From contig JAXHNB010000006.1 of NCBI GenBank assembly GCA_034520945.1, positions 320,001-384,000 on the forward strand: 64,000 bases of DNA, given 5' to 3'. The position numbers and the translations under genes are program-made. Below, in pieces: positions 41,905 through 52,558 of the stretch; positions within the stretch are counted from its first letter, which is position 1; each line of letters begins with the position of its first letter. Source of the DNA: Trueperaceae bacterium (GTDB lineage Bacteria; Deinococcota; Deinococci; Deinococcales; Trueperaceae). The notes under the pieces were generated by a model. The model searched no databases and was not told the DNA's origin. It saw nothing but the letters and a program-made list of their open reading frames with translations.

Positions 41905-42529
41905 TCAGTCCGACAGCGGCATCACGCGCTCGTTGCGCGTGAACACGCAGGTCCACGGGCTTCGCCTCGCCTTCGACCACGAGCGTCAAGTACAGGCGAA
42001 ATGTCGTGCCGGTGCGCGCGTCCTCCCGCACGAACGGCCGCACCGTCCAGCCGCCCTCGCCGGACACGTTCACGGCCGGAACCACGAAGTCGTCCAGATG
42101 CGCCGAAGGCGGCACCACCGTGGGTGGGCTGGGGCGATGCGCCTCCTCCGCACGGACGCCGCGATGCGCGACGCGCGAGGTGGCGCCACCCGGCAGCACC
42201 ATGCTGCTCTGGTCCCAAAGGACCTCGATGGCGCGGCCCGACTCGTTGTGCAACGTGAACTGGATGCGCGCCGGCCCGTAGTCGCCGCGGGTGCTCACCA
42301 GCGGCGTACGGGGCCCGAGGCCGAGGCGCAGCCGGAAGGCGTCGGTCTGGTAGGCCCACCCGTCCTCGGTCCTAAGGACGCGATGGCCGTCCACGCTCAA
42401 CTCGTAGTAGGGTTCGTACTTCTCCACGCGAGGCTCGGCGGAGGCGTCCGGCTCGGTCGCGGGCGCGCAGCTGACGGCCACGAGCATGAGCGCGAGGATC
42501 GGAATGGTGTGTGCGATCAACCTCGTCAT
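41905..42529 (-). CDS. hypothetical lipoprotein, probable +1 frameshift near 41950
   Basis: Lipobox AVSC and an SD. As written the ORF runs 167 bp into ftsH; removing one base gives ...DLVFTRNERVMPLSD* ending at 41905. Confidence 0.65.
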
Positions 42530-42650
42530 GGCGTCCCCTCTCGTCGATGCGTCGGGCGTTGCTGGGGCGAATGGTACACGACGCCCGGGTGAGGAACGAC
42601 GAGCGTGGGCGGCCGTGCGATTCGGTGCATGCCACTCCTCGCGGTGCCCT

Positions 42651-42875
42651 TCACTCGTGCCCATCAACTCCCGTGAAGTACGCCTGGACGCGCGCCGCTG
42701 CATCGTCCGGCGTCAGCGCATCCAGGCGCTCTAGGCATGACTCCCGATCGGCCGGCCACAGCTGCTCGCACTCGGCGAAGGCCTCGAGCCACTGCGCGGC
42801 CTGTGCGTCTCCCGCGTCGTGCCGCGCCTCCATGTCTTCCTTCAGCCAGGCGTAGAAGTTCAGGTCGTGCATCAT
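42651..42875 (-). CDS. small acidic hypothetical protein (74 aa)
   Basis: MMHDLNFYAWLKEDME...; ATG 6 nt after TATCGT; high-GC3 codon usage. Confidence 0.6.
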   Translation of the reverse strand: MMHDLNFYAWLKEDMEARHDAGDAQAAQWLEAFAECEQLWPADRESCLERLDALTPDDAAARVQAYFTGVDGHE

Positions 42876-43048
42876 CCACCGACGATAGGGGTTGCGGCCC
42901 CGACTCGGCAACGTGTCTCGTCGGCGTCGACCATATGGCAGGGTCGACTCCTCCTGAAGGGTCGGCACGGCCGTCACGGCGGTCTCGCCGAACCGCGGCC
43001 AAGGTCGGCCGACCGCGGCGTGCGAGACGAGCGGATGCGCGTCGCGCC

Positions 43049-43815
43049 CTACCCGACCGGCGCATCCTCGACGAGCGGGTCGGACGCCATGGGATCGACC
43101 TCGCGTCGCGACCGACCGTCCACCAGGGCCGGTACGCCGCGGGACGTGGCGTGGGCGGCGTCGCGTACGGCGAAATCGAAGACGTCGGGCCGGCCGTAGT
43201 GCCCCGCGACGTCGAGCTGGTAGCGGGATCCGCGCAACATGGCCATGTCGAGGTCCGCATACAGGATCTCTTCCGTTCTCGACGACCGGTTCGACCAGGT
43301 AGCGCCCGTCGGGATCGACGATCGCGCTACCCCCCGGGTTGATCCATGCCGACGCGGGCACGTGGTCGTTCACGAATCGCCAATGGGCGGGCACGTCGTC
43401 CGGCCGAACGGGTGAGCAACAGCCGATCACGAAGGCGCGCCCTTCCTTCGCGATGTGGCGCAGCGTGGCGTTCCACGGTTCCCCGCGGTCCCAGGTCGGG
43501 GCGGCCAGGATCTGGACGCCCCGTGTGTACAGCGCCCACCGCGCCAAGCGGCATGTAGTTCTCCCAGCAGATCAGACCGGCCAGGCGGCCGATGTCGAGA
43601 TCGTAGACGTTCAGGGTGCTGCCGTCGCCGCGCCCGTGGACCAGCCGCTCGGCGACGGTCGGCACGAAGCCTTCGGGGAAGACGGCGAGCTCCGCACCGT
43701 TCCGTCCTGCCTCGGCGATGAGGTCGCAGGCCTTGTCGATCGTGGCGTCTCGGTCGAGGAACACCGGGGTGGCCTGGACGGCGGCGACACGTACGCTCGA
43801 GGACGGTTCGTTCAC
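43049..43815 (-). pseudogene. nitrilase / carbon-nitrogen hydrolase, internally deleted and twice frameshifted
   Basis: [12 protein letters not shown] and FPEGFVPT joined to VAERLVHG (catalytic-Lys segment missing); [21 protein letters not shown]; frameshifts near 43546 and 43277. Confidence 0.85.
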
Positions 43816-43859
43816 GATGTCGCTCCGTTCGTCTTCCTTCGGCTTCGTGCCATGGTTGC

Positions 43860-45257
43860 TCAAAGCCGAGGTTGGATGTTCTGGTTCACGCGGAAGAGGT
43901 TCTCCGGGTCGTAGCGCGCTTTGATCCGCGCGAGGCGCGGGTAGTTGTCGCCGTACGCGGCCCGCACCCGCTCCTGCCCCTCGTCCATCAGCATGTTCAC
44001 GTAGGCCCCGCCGGCGGAGTGCGGGTGCAGCGCCTGCCAGTAGCGCTTCGTCCACTCGGCCAGCAGGCTCGCCTTCGACGGGTCCGGGTCGACGCCGACG
44101 ATGACCTGGGCCCAGTTCGCCTGCCGGTAGCTCCACGGCGTCGCCTCGTTCGCCACGTCGTGGGCGGCGCCGTCGATGGGGTAGAGGTGCATCGTCGATT
44201 GCATCGTCGGCATGGTGGCCGCGTGTTCGACATGGGCCGCGATCGCTTCGTCTCTCAGTTCGTCGAAGAAGTCCGCCCGCCAGTACCACTGCTGCCCCGG
44301 CGGGTAGAGCCCATCGAACGCGCTTTGGAGGGCCGGGAACGGCATCGCGTGCACACCGTGCAGGAGGGGCTCGCCGAAGGCGGCGACCGGCGCGAAGACC
44401 TCGTCGGCACGTTCGGGCGGGCCGGTATAGCACCACACGACGCCACAGACCTTCCGTCCGTGCAGGTGCTCCGGGAACGGGGGGACCGAGGGGACCGTCA
44501 GGAAGGCGAAGAACCCGTTCAGGTCGCGTGGCGCGTCGAGGATGAAGTCGCGGTACCAGCGCAACACCTCGGGCGCGTCATCCAAGCTCCACAGGGTGGG
44601 CCCCCCGACGATGGCGTCCACGGGGTGAGCCCGGAACAGGAACGAGGTGACGACGCCGAAGTTGCCGCCGCCGCCGCGCACCGCCCAGAACAGGTCCTGG
44701 TGTTCGTCCGCGTTGGCGGTCAACATGGAGCCGTCGGCCAGGACGACGTCGACCTCCAGCAGGTTGTCGATCGTGAGGCCGTGCCGCCTGGTGAGGTGGC
44801 CCAGCCCGCCGCCAAGCGTCAAGCCGCCCACGCCGGTGGTGGAGATGACCCCGCTCGGCACGGCCAAGCCGAAGGCGTGCGCGGCGTGGTCGACCTTGCC
44901 CCACGTCGCGCCCCCCTCGACGCGCACGGTCCGGGTCTCGGCGTGCACGCGAACGCCGTTCATGGCCGACAGGTCGATCACCAGGCCGTCGTCGACACTG
45001 CCGAGCCCACCGCCGTTGTGGCCCCCTCCTCGAATCGCCAGGGGAATCTCCTCCTCGCGAGCGAACGTCACCGCCTTCATCACGTCGGCGACGTCGTGGC
45101 ACCGCGCAATGAGCAGGGGGTGCTTGTCGATCATGGCGTTGTACAGCGCGCGCGTTTCGTCGTACGCGTCGTCGCCCACCTGCACGATGTCGCCTCGCAG
45201 GTCGGCGGCGAAGGCGTCGATCGCTTCGGGGGTGATGCGGGGTCGGGTCAGGGTCAT
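43860..45257 (-). CDS. FAD-binding oxidoreductase (FAD_binding_4 + BBE)
   Basis: [35 protein letters not shown] and [16 protein letters not shown]. Confidence 0.93.
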   Translation of the reverse strand: MTLTRPRITPEAIDAFAADLRGDIVQVGDDAYDETRALYNAMIDKHPLLIARCHDVADVMKAVTFAREEEIPLAIRGGGHNGGGLGSVDDGLVIDLSAMNGVRVHAETRTVRVEGGATWGKVDHAAHAFGLAVPSGVISTTGVGGLTLGGGLGHLTRRHGLTIDNLLEVDVVLADGSMLTANADEHQDLFWAVRGGGGNFGVVTSFLFRAHPVDAIVGGPTLWSLDDAPEVLRWYRDFILDAPRDLNGFFAFLTVPSVPPFPEHLHGRKVCGVVWCYTGPPERADEVFAPVAAFGEPLLHGVHAMPFPALQSAFDGLYPPGQQWYWRADFFDELRDEAIAAHVEHAATMPTMQSTMHLYPIDGAAHDVANEATPWSYRQANWAQVIVGVDPDPSKASLLAEWTKRYWQALHPHSAGGAYVNMLMDEGQERVRAAYGDNYPRLARIKARYDPENLFRVNQNIQPRL

Positions 45258-45459
45258 GAGGGTCCTTTCGTATCTTGCGGGCTTCGTGAGGGTCGGGGCG
45301 TGGACGGCGGGGCGGTGCGCTCCTTCCAGGACGAGGGGGTATGGGACGAGCTCGACCTGTGCCGCGAGGGTAGGGCCACGCCCGTTCCCGGCCCGTTGCC
45401 GTCAAGGGAACGCCCCGGCGTTGGGCCGGGGCGTGCAGCGGTGGGGTGGCGCCGGGGGC

Positions 45460-45723
45460 TCAGCGGAACATGGTCGGGTCGAGCTCTCTTACCAACGAGG
45501 CACCGTCGAAGGGAAGGTGGGCACTGCGAGCGTGCTCCATGAGGAGGTCGAGGTTGAGCGCTTCGTACTCGCAGTAGATCTTGCCCTCTTCGACCGAGTA
45601 GTACGAGCGGATCCAACGGATCCCGCTCATGCCTGCCAAAACGTCGTTGCTCCTGTGACCTGCGGCTTGGATCTCCGCTTCGGAGAGTCGACCGACCGTT
45701 CGATGAACGAGGAACTTCGGCAT
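45460..45723 (-). CDS. DUF4242 domain small protein
   Basis: MPKFLVHR...IRWIRSY...KIYCEYEA...EHARSAHLP; SD AAGGAGG. Confidence 0.8.
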   Translation of the reverse strand: MPKFLVHRTVGRLSEAEIQAAGHRSNDVLAGMSGIRWIRSYYSVEEGKIYCEYEALNLDLLMEHARSAHLPFDGASLVRELDPTMFR

Positions 45724-45823
45724 TGCGTCGTGCCTCCTTGCGCGAGGGCGTGGGCGCCTCGGCGGGACGTCGTCGGCGTCGGCGTGGGCGGGGGCGATCG
45801 GGGGTTCGCGGGGGTGCCGTGGT

Positions 45824-48800
45824 TCAGGCGGGCCTCGCCTCTGCGGAGGAAGAGGGCGTGAGCGCCGCAAGGGCCTCGCCCATCGCCGCCTCCCCGTCCG
45901 TATCGCCGCAGTCACGTCGCAACGCGAGCGAGCGCTCGAGACAGTCGCGCGCTTCGTCGATCCGGCCGGCACGCCGGTAGCTCGAGGCCAAGCTGGTGAG
46001 CAGGAACGCTTCGCCCAGACGATCGTCTCGGCCCTGCGCGTCCAGGACCGCATCGCGGCCCGCCTCGATGCTTTCCTCCAGTCGACCGAGGTCGCGGTAG
46101 ACGACGCCGAGGCTCGCTCGGGCGGAGATCGCGCGCTCCGTCGATCCGGCGCGCGCCGCCGTGTCGCAGGCGCCGAGGTACGCCGCGACGGCCTGGTCGA
46201 GGTCGCCCGCCGCCCAATGGAGCGTGCCGAGCTCCATCTGAACCAGGCCCAGCCGGTGCATGTCCGCCGACCGGCGGAAGATCGCTTCGGCGGCCATGAG
46301 GCTGCGACGGGCGTCCTTCCAGCGCCCCAGTCGGCGCCGGGCCACGCCGCCATGGAGGGTGAGCGCGTCGCCCTGGCCGGTCTCGTCCGCGGCCGTGCCG
46401 GTCAACGCGTACGAGGTCTCCAGGAGCCTCGCGGCCTCGAGGTAGTTCCGGGCCGCGTCTTCGTACGCGCCCAGTGCTTCCTGCGCCACGCCGGCGCTGA
46501 TGAGCGGGTAGCCCTCGTGGCGCAGATCGCCCGTGCCGGCGCCCAGACGGTTGGCCGCCTCGAAGCTGCCGAGTGCGTTTCGGTACCGCCTGCTTCCGAG
46601 GTAAAGCTTGCCGAGGGTCATGTGCTTCTCGACCACGAGGTGCCTGTCGTTCAACCGCAGGCAGATGGGGAGGAGGCGCTCCAGCACCGAGGTGGCTGCC
46701 GCGTTCTCTCCGCGCTGCATGTGCGCCCACGCCAGATCGTCGAGGCGCACGTACTCGCCGAGCACGTCACCGAGCTGCCGGTAGGTTTCGGCCGCTTCCT
46801 GGGCCCACCGCGTGGCCTGCTCGGCGTCGCCCAGCCACCGGTAGGCGTGCGAGATGTTCTCGGCGGTAGCCGCGACCGCCCGGCGATGCCCGAGCTGGCG
46901 GTCGATGCCGATCGCCGCGGTGCTTGCTTTGAGAACCTCGTGGTAGTCGCCGCGCATCCATGCGAGGTAGGCCACGTCGCGGTAGGCGCGCGCGCTGGCG
47001 CCGGCGTCGCCGAGGTCCGCGAACAGGGCGTTCGCGTGCGCGAACGCGTCGGAGGCGCCCTCCGGGTCGCCCAGGACCGAGCGCATCGCCATGCGCTTCA
47101 GGGCCGCCTCCGCCATCATCCTCGGCGCGCCGATGCGCGCGGCCAGCGCCGTGAGCCGCTCGATCGTGTCGATCCACTCCGGTCTGCGTTCCATGAACTC
47201 GAGCAGGCGCTCGGTCCCGAGCAGGGCGTCGAAGCGCTTTCGATCGGGATCTTCGAGGTGAGGCGCGATCATCAGCATGCGGGCGTACGCCTTGCGTGCG
47301 ACCTCCCAGGCGCCGTCGGCCTCGGCGGCCTCGGCGGCCCCCCGGAGGTGCTGGTACGCCCGGGGCCACATCTCCGCCCGCAAGAAGTGGTGCGCCAGGT
47401 CCGCATCGTCCGCATGGACGGCTTCCAACGCCGCGCCGGCACGCGCGTGCAGATTTCGGCGTGTCGGGAGACCGAGGCTCTCGTAGATCGTCTGGCGCAG
47501 CTTGTCGTGCGAGAACGCGTACGACCCGCCAGGCATCGCGACGATCGAGCCAGCGGCGATGAGGGGTTCCAGCGCCGACCACAACGACGCGTCGCTTTGG
47601 CCGGTCACGTGCCGGAGCAGGTCGAAGCCGAAGCTGCGCCCGATCACGGCCGCCGCGTCCAGAACGGTGCGCGCCTCGTCTGCGAATCCGCGATACCGGG
47701 TCCAGATCAGCGAGCGGATCGAGTCCGGAATCTCGACCTCCGCGATTCGTTCCCAACTCGCGGCCGCGACCCTCCTGTCGGGCGCCAGCTCGAGGGCATC
47801 GGCGTCGTGAAGCCAGCGGAGGTACTCCAACGCGTAGAACGGGTTGCCTTCCGACTCGCTGTGCACGAAGTCGGCGAACCGGGTCAGTTCGTCCGCCTCG
47901 CCGCCGAAGATCTCCGCCACGAGGCTGCGCGTCTGCCCGGTTTCGAAGCGATCCAGGCGCACGGTGCGCATCGCGCGACGCTCGGACAGCCCCGAACGCC
48001 ACGCTTCGAGCAGGTGGCGGTCCTCCCGGCGGTGACTGACCACGACGAGGACCCGCTCGTCCCGGATCCGGTGGGCGAGGTACGACAGGAACGCCAGCGT
48101 CTCCGCGTCGGCCCACTGAAGATCGTCGATGAACAGCACGGCGCCGTGCTTCGGCCTTGCCGCAATGATCATTCGTGCGGTCAACGCCTGGTGGGTGGTT
48201 CCGTGGTCCCGCGCCTCGGTCGCCACCAGGCGAAGCCCCTCTTCGGGGCGCGGTCCACCTGGGGCATCCCAGGCGCCGAGGGCCGACCGGACGGGCTCCA
48301 ACGGCATGCTCAGATCACGCTCGTAGCACCGGCCAGAAAACACCCGGACGCCGGCCGGGACGCTCCCCAGGAACGCCTCGATCAGGCGGGTCTTGCCGAC
48401 GCCCGCTTCGCCCTCCACGTCGATCACGCCTCCGGTTCCAGCCAGGGCGGAGGCGAGGGCTTCGCGCAGTCGCATCATTTCGGCGTCACGCCCAACGAAC
48501 GAGGTGGTCCCCCAGGGCACGGGCGCGCTGCGCAGCAACGCGGTTTCCGAGGATTGCCTCGTGACTGGGAGGTCGGCGCGTTCGTGCGCGTCGGGATCGT
48601 GCGACGCGGCGGCGAGGCGCAGGTAGAGCGCGCGTGTCGCCTCGTCGGGCTCGACCCCGATATCCGCGTCGAGATCGCGCACGTACGCCCGGTAGACGTC
48701 GCCCAGGGCTTCGGCCCGGCCGGCGTGGGCCAAGCTCCGCAAGCAGCACCGAACCGCCCGCTCGTCCAGCGGGTCGCGTTTCAGCAGTTCCAGCGACAGT

Positions 48801-49291
48801 GCAGCGGCCGCCTCGGGGTCGAGGCGCTCGAGCTCGCGGCAGCGTTCCACGACGGCGGCTACCAACCGGACGCGGACCTCGTCGCGCTCACGCGCCAACC
48901 AAGAGGTGAACTCCGCCGGTGCACCCGTGTCGAGCCCTTCCAACAAAGGGCCATGCATCGACGCGAGCGCGCCCTCGGCGTTTCCGAGCCGCAGCGCCTC
49001 ACGCCATGCCAGAACGTCCGTGCCGACGAGCCAGCGGAGCCCGTTACCTTGGGTTTCGATCCCGGCGATCTCGCGATGCGCGCGGTGCAGCAGCTTGCGC
49101 AGGTTCCGGCGGCCGACCGCGTCGATGCGATCCGGCCAGAACAGGAAGATCACCTCGTCGCGTGGGACCCACGCCGCACGGAACGCCAGGTAGGCGACGA
49201 AGCGGTCCACGTGGTTCGCGCCCAAGTACCTGCGTCGCGTCTCGACATGCAGTTCCGGACGACCGAACAACTGCACCTCGTGGGGGGCCAT
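45824..49291 (-). CDS. SARP/BTAD - AAA ATPase - TPR transcriptional regulator
   Basis: VQLFGRPEL, AYLA, DPLDE, FVGRDAE, GEAGVGKTRL, IDDLQWAD, GNPFY and FSHDKLR; TPR-like C-terminus. Confidence 0.9.
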   Translation of the reverse strand: MAPHEVQLFGRPELHVETRRRYLGANHVDRFVAYLAFRAAWVPRDEVIFLFWPDRIDAVGRRNLRKLLHRAHREIAGIETQGNGLRWLVGTDVLAWREALRLGNAEGALASMHGPLLEGLDTGAPAEFTSWLARERDEVRVRLVAAVVERCRELERLDPEAAAALSLELLKRDPLDERAVRCCLRSLAHAGRAEALGDVYRAYVRDLDADIGVEPDEATRALYLRLAAASHDPDAHERADLPVTRQSSETALLRSAPVPWGTTSFVGRDAEMMRLREALASALAGTGGVIDVEGEAGVGKTRLIEAFLGSVPAGVRVFSGRCYERDLSMPLEPVRSALGAWDAPGGPRPEEGLRLVATEARDHGTTHQALTARMIIAARPKHGAVLFIDDLQWADAETLAFLSYLAHRIRDERVLVVVSHRREDRHLLEAWRSGLSERRAMRTVRLDRFETGQTRSLVAEIFGGEADELTRFADFVHSESEGNPFYALEYLRWLHDADALELAPDRRVAAASWERIAEVEIPDSIRSLIWTRYRGFADEARTVLDAAAVIGRSFGFDLLRHVTGQSDASLWSALEPLIAAGSIVAMPGGSYAFSHDKLRQTIYESLGLPTRRNLHARAGAALEAVHADDADLAHHFLRAEMWPRAYQHLRGAAEAAEADGAWEVARKAYARMLMIAPHLEDPDRKRFDALLGTERLLEFMERRPEWIDTIERLTALAARIGAPRMMAEAALKRMAMRSVLGDPEGASDAFAHANALFADLGDAGASARAYRDVAYLAWMRGDYHEVLKASTAAIGIDRQLGHRRAVAATAENISHAYRWLGDAEQATRWAQEAAETYRQLGDVLGEYVRLDDLAWAHMQRGENAAATSVLERLLPICLRLNDRHLVVEKHMTLGKLYLGSRRYRNALGSFEAANRLGAGTGDLRHEGYPLISAGVAQEALGAYEDAARNYLEAARLLETSYALTGTAADETGQGDALTLHGGVARRRLGRWKDARRSLMAAEAIFRRSADMHRLGLVQMELGTLHWAAGDLDQAVAAYLGACDTAARAGSTERAISARASLGVVYRDLGRLEESIEAGRDAVLDAQGRDDRLGEAFLLTSLASSYRRAGRIDEARDCLERSLALRRDCGDTDGEAAMGEALAALTPSSSAEARPA

Positions 49292-49456
49292 GGATCAGTG
49301 TAGGCCCTGGGGAGCCTCGGTGGGGTCCCTGCGAGCACAGCGGTTCGCGCCCAGGGGAGACGCGGGGCGCCGGCGCACACCTGGAATCGTGGGCACGAAG
49401 ACCCATTCACGGGCGATTGACGGCCGTGTGCTATCCCCGAATTCGGGAGGTGCGCC

Positions 49457-52138
49457 ATGGCATCGAGGCCCCGTTCTTCGCACGATCCGAAGCATCCACG
49501 ACACGGAGGGTGGCTGGCGGTCCTCGTGGCCGTAGCCCTCACGGCCTGCAACGGCGGGGGGACCTCCACGCCCGATGACGGCTGGACGCCGTTGGCGCCG
49601 GGAGGCTCGGTCGAGGGGCCGGGCGGGAGCCGGCTGATCGCACCGGCCGGCACGATCGAAGAGACGCAACACGTTCGCGTGAGCACGGGCATGGTGCCGG
49701 CCGGCGAGCTTCAGGCCGAGGCGCTGAGCGGGGTCGGTCAGGCCGTCGCGGTGCAGGCGCAAAACCGCGCTGCGGCGCTCGGGCAGGCGCGTTTCATCGT
49801 CGAGCTGCCCCTCCCCGTGGGCGTGGACCCGGCCGCGGCAGGGGTGGCGGTCTTTCTAGACGGCTCGGAGACGGCCGGCCACGTCGACCTGGGCCAGCCG
49901 CTGGAGGCGCCGCTGCTGGAGGTGGTCGAGGCCGACGTCGACCCCGCCGCAGGTGTCGTCCGCGTCGATCTCTCGCTCCTGGGCGAGGCACCGTCCGTGA
50001 TCCAGGTGGTGGACGGCGCCGCCTTCGTCGAGGTCGCCCCGCTCACGGCGCAGTCGCACGGCGACGGCTTCGTGTACATGTGCCGCCGCAAGGACAGCGA
50101 TATCTGCGACGACCACGCGCTCGACGTGCACGCCGACATCGCCGAAGCGCACCAGCGTTTCGCGGGCATGGGCTTCGCCCAGCCGCGCCTGCGGACGAAC
50201 AGCGAAGGGCGCTACAAGATCCACCTGAAGCCGTTCGTGCTCAGCGACAACCGCAAGACCTGCCACGTCGACGAGGACGGCGACGGGCGCTTCACGGCCC
50301 GCTACAACTTCCTGCTCAGCAAGATCACCCTGTGCGTGGGGGGCGGCGAGATCGACGACGATGGCTGGACCGTCGCCCGCGGCGACAACGCTGCGCACGA
50401 GATGTTCCATGCCGTGCAGTACGGCTACGGTCGCGTCCGCGCGCGGCCGATGCAGATGTGGAGCGTGGAGAGCACCGCCAACCTGAGTGAAACCTCGACG
50501 GATACGGACCTGATTCGCACCAACTCGGCCATGCGGCCGGTCGACGTCCCGCTCGACCTGAACTTCATCGGCAACCCGCGCCAGTCCGACTCGAACCAGT
50601 ACCGCGCCCAGGACTTCTTCGCCTTCCTGGGCGAGGTCCTCGCCCCCGGCCAGGGCCTGGCGTATCTCACCGAGGTGTTCGAGGAGGGTGTCACGCCGCC
50701 CCGCGTGTCGAACGCGATCGGGACCTTCGGGAACGTCGCCATCCAGGACCTGTCGGACGCCTACTGGGCCTGGGCCCGCAACCAGACCTTCGAGAAGACG
50801 GTCCGCACCCGCACCAACGGGGCCGACCCGCATCCCGACGGCAACGCCTGCGAGCTTCTGGCGGACGTCGCCGACCCGGAGCTGATCTTCATGACCGACG
50901 GCAGCACGCCGATCAGCCAGCAGGCGACCCTGCCGCCGCTCACCACGGCGGTGATCGAGTTGAACGTGAACGCCGGCGCGGCGTTCGCCGAGGAAATCCT
51001 GTTCCAGACCTTCCTGCACGGCAGCGGCCTGCGGGCGGCCCTCTACGATCCGGCCGATTGCCTGAATCCCGATCTCGATCCCGTGGCGGGGTCGTTCACC
51101 GTACCTGCGGGCACCACCGGCACGCGCTACGTGCTGGTGTCGAACACCGAGTTCCGGCAGGGCCGCAGCCGCAGCTTCACCTTCGAGGCGTCGTACGGTG
51201 CGATCGAGCCCGGCGTGCGCATCACCGAGCCCGCACCCGGCACCACCATCGACGAGACGGAGCGGACGCCCCTTCGCGCGGAGGGCGTCGACGGCGTGCT
51301 GCCCGGCGATGCGCTGCTGCGCTGGTCGTACCTGCGGGCGGACGGCGTCTTGTTCATCATCGGCGACGCCCGCGCCGACCAAGCCATCGGGACGCCGCGG
51401 TTGTGCGACGGCACCTACCCGGTCACGGTCGAGGTCCTCGACGGTCCGGCCCCCTTCGTAGACGCCACGGACACCGTGGACCTCACCGTCGTCGACGGTG
51501 AGCCGCCGCCGGAGCGATGCGAACCGACCGTCGCGATCGTCACCCCGGACGACGGCGCGACGTTCCCGTCCGGCGAGTCCATCGCCTTCGAGGCGGCCAT
51601 CGACGACGCCGACCTCAGCACCGACGACCCCGTCCATCCGATCGTTTGGCGCCGGGACGGCCCGGGCTCGCCCGTGTTGGCTCAGGACACGCTGAGCTTC
51701 GAGACCGACGCGTTGCTCCCCGGTGTCTACGACATCTTCGTGACCTACGGGAGCGCCAAGGATTCGATCAGCGTCGAGGTGCTGGATACCGACCGGGAGG
51801 CGCCCCGCGTGCTCATTGCGCAGCCCGAGGACGGCGCGTCGTTCGTGTACTCGGACTTCGAGTACGGAGGTAGGTACATCGACCTGCCGGCCGCGGGGCT
51901 GGGGTTGGATGCCAACGAGGATCCCCCGCAGGCGTTTTCGGACGCCGCGCACGAATGGAGCTTCCGGCGTGCCGGCACGACCGCCTGGAGCGAAGGTCCG
52001 ACCGGCACCGAAGTGACGTTGCAGCTGGACTTCGACGGGCCCAAGGACACGTGGGAGATCCGGTTGCAGGTCACCGACGGGTTCGGCCTGACGGGTGAGG
52101 ACAGGCACACGATCACAATGACGAACCCGGCGCAGTAG
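49457..52138 (+). CDS. large lipoprotein with zincin HExxH motif and C-terminal Ig/PKD-like repeats
   Basis: Lipobox LTAC; AAHEMFHAVQYGY...WSVES; three VxIxxPxxG-type repeats; LQVTDGFG. Confidence 0.8.
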   Translation: MASRPRSSHDPKHPRHGGWLAVLVAVALTACNGGGTSTPDDGWTPLAPGGSVEGPGGSRLIAPAGTIEETQHVRVSTGMVPAGELQAEALSGVGQAVAVQAQNRAAALGQARFIVELPLPVGVDPAAAGVAVFLDGSETAGHVDLGQPLEAPLLEVVEADVDPAAGVVRVDLSLLGEAPSVIQVVDGAAFVEVAPLTAQSHGDGFVYMCRRKDSDICDDHALDVHADIAEAHQRFAGMGFAQPRLRTNSEGRYKIHLKPFVLSDNRKTCHVDEDGDGRFTARYNFLLSKITLCVGGGEIDDDGWTVARGDNAAHEMFHAVQYGYGRVRARPMQMWSVESTANLSETSTDTDLIRTNSAMRPVDVPLDLNFIGNPRQSDSNQYRAQDFFAFLGEVLAPGQGLAYLTEVFEEGVTPPRVSNAIGTFGNVAIQDLSDAYWAWARNQTFEKTVRTRTNGADPHPDGNACELLADVADPELIFMTDGSTPISQQATLPPLTTAVIELNVNAGAAFAEEILFQTFLHGSGLRAALYDPADCLNPDLDPVAGSFTVPAGTTGTRYVLVSNTEFRQGRSRSFTFEASYGAIEPGVRITEPAPGTTIDETERTPLRAEGVDGVLPGDALLRWSYLRADGVLFIIGDARADQAIGTPRLCDGTYPVTVEVLDGPAPFVDATDTVDLTVVDGEPPPERCEPTVAIVTPDDGATFPSGESIAFEAAIDDADLSTDDPVHPIVWRRDGPGSPVLAQDTLSFETDALLPGVYDIFVTYGSAKDSISVEVLDTDREAPRVLIAQPEDGASFVYSDFEYGGRYIDLPAAGLGLDANEDPPQAFSDAAHEWSFRRAGTTAWSEGPTGTEVTLQLDFDGPKDTWEIRLQVTDGFGLTGEDRHTITMTNPAQ

Positions 52139-52297
52139 CGAGCGAAGCAGGGTGCGGCGCGGGCGTTCGGGGACCTGAGGGGGCGCGGGCATCCGTGACG
52201 GCGGCTGGCCGGCCGAACCGAGGCTTCGGTGATCGCCTGGCGGCACGGAACGGCGCTGCCCCGGTCGAGCCCGGGTATCCTTGCCCCCAGGACAACG

Positions 52298-52545
52298 ATG
52301 GAGAAGGGTGCCGAACGTTTCCTCAGGAAGGAGCCCCTCATCGAAGCGTCCAGGGACTACCGCGAACGCCTACGACGCCTGCTCGGCGACCGTGATCCGC
52401 GCCAGGTGCTGGCCAACGAGGAGCATCTGGTGGAGCCGGTGGACCAGGATGCCTGGGCGCGCCCCGGTTCGGGGACATGGTGCGCCACGTCGCCGCGCAC
52501 GACCTGAACCACCTGGAGCAGCTGGAACGGATCGCGGAGGGGTAG
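52298..52545 (+). pseudogene. DinB-family remnant with internal deletions
   Basis: RLLGDRDPRQVLA / VDQDAWA / MVRHVAAHDLNHLEQLERI packed into about 80 codons across two frames. Confidence 0.65.
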
Positions 52546-52558
52546 GGAAGGGAACCGT

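Noticed and set aside
45824..49291. Anti-phage STAND (Avs-like) defence protein
   Set aside because: The N-terminus is a SARP/BTAD transcription module, not a nuclease or other effector.
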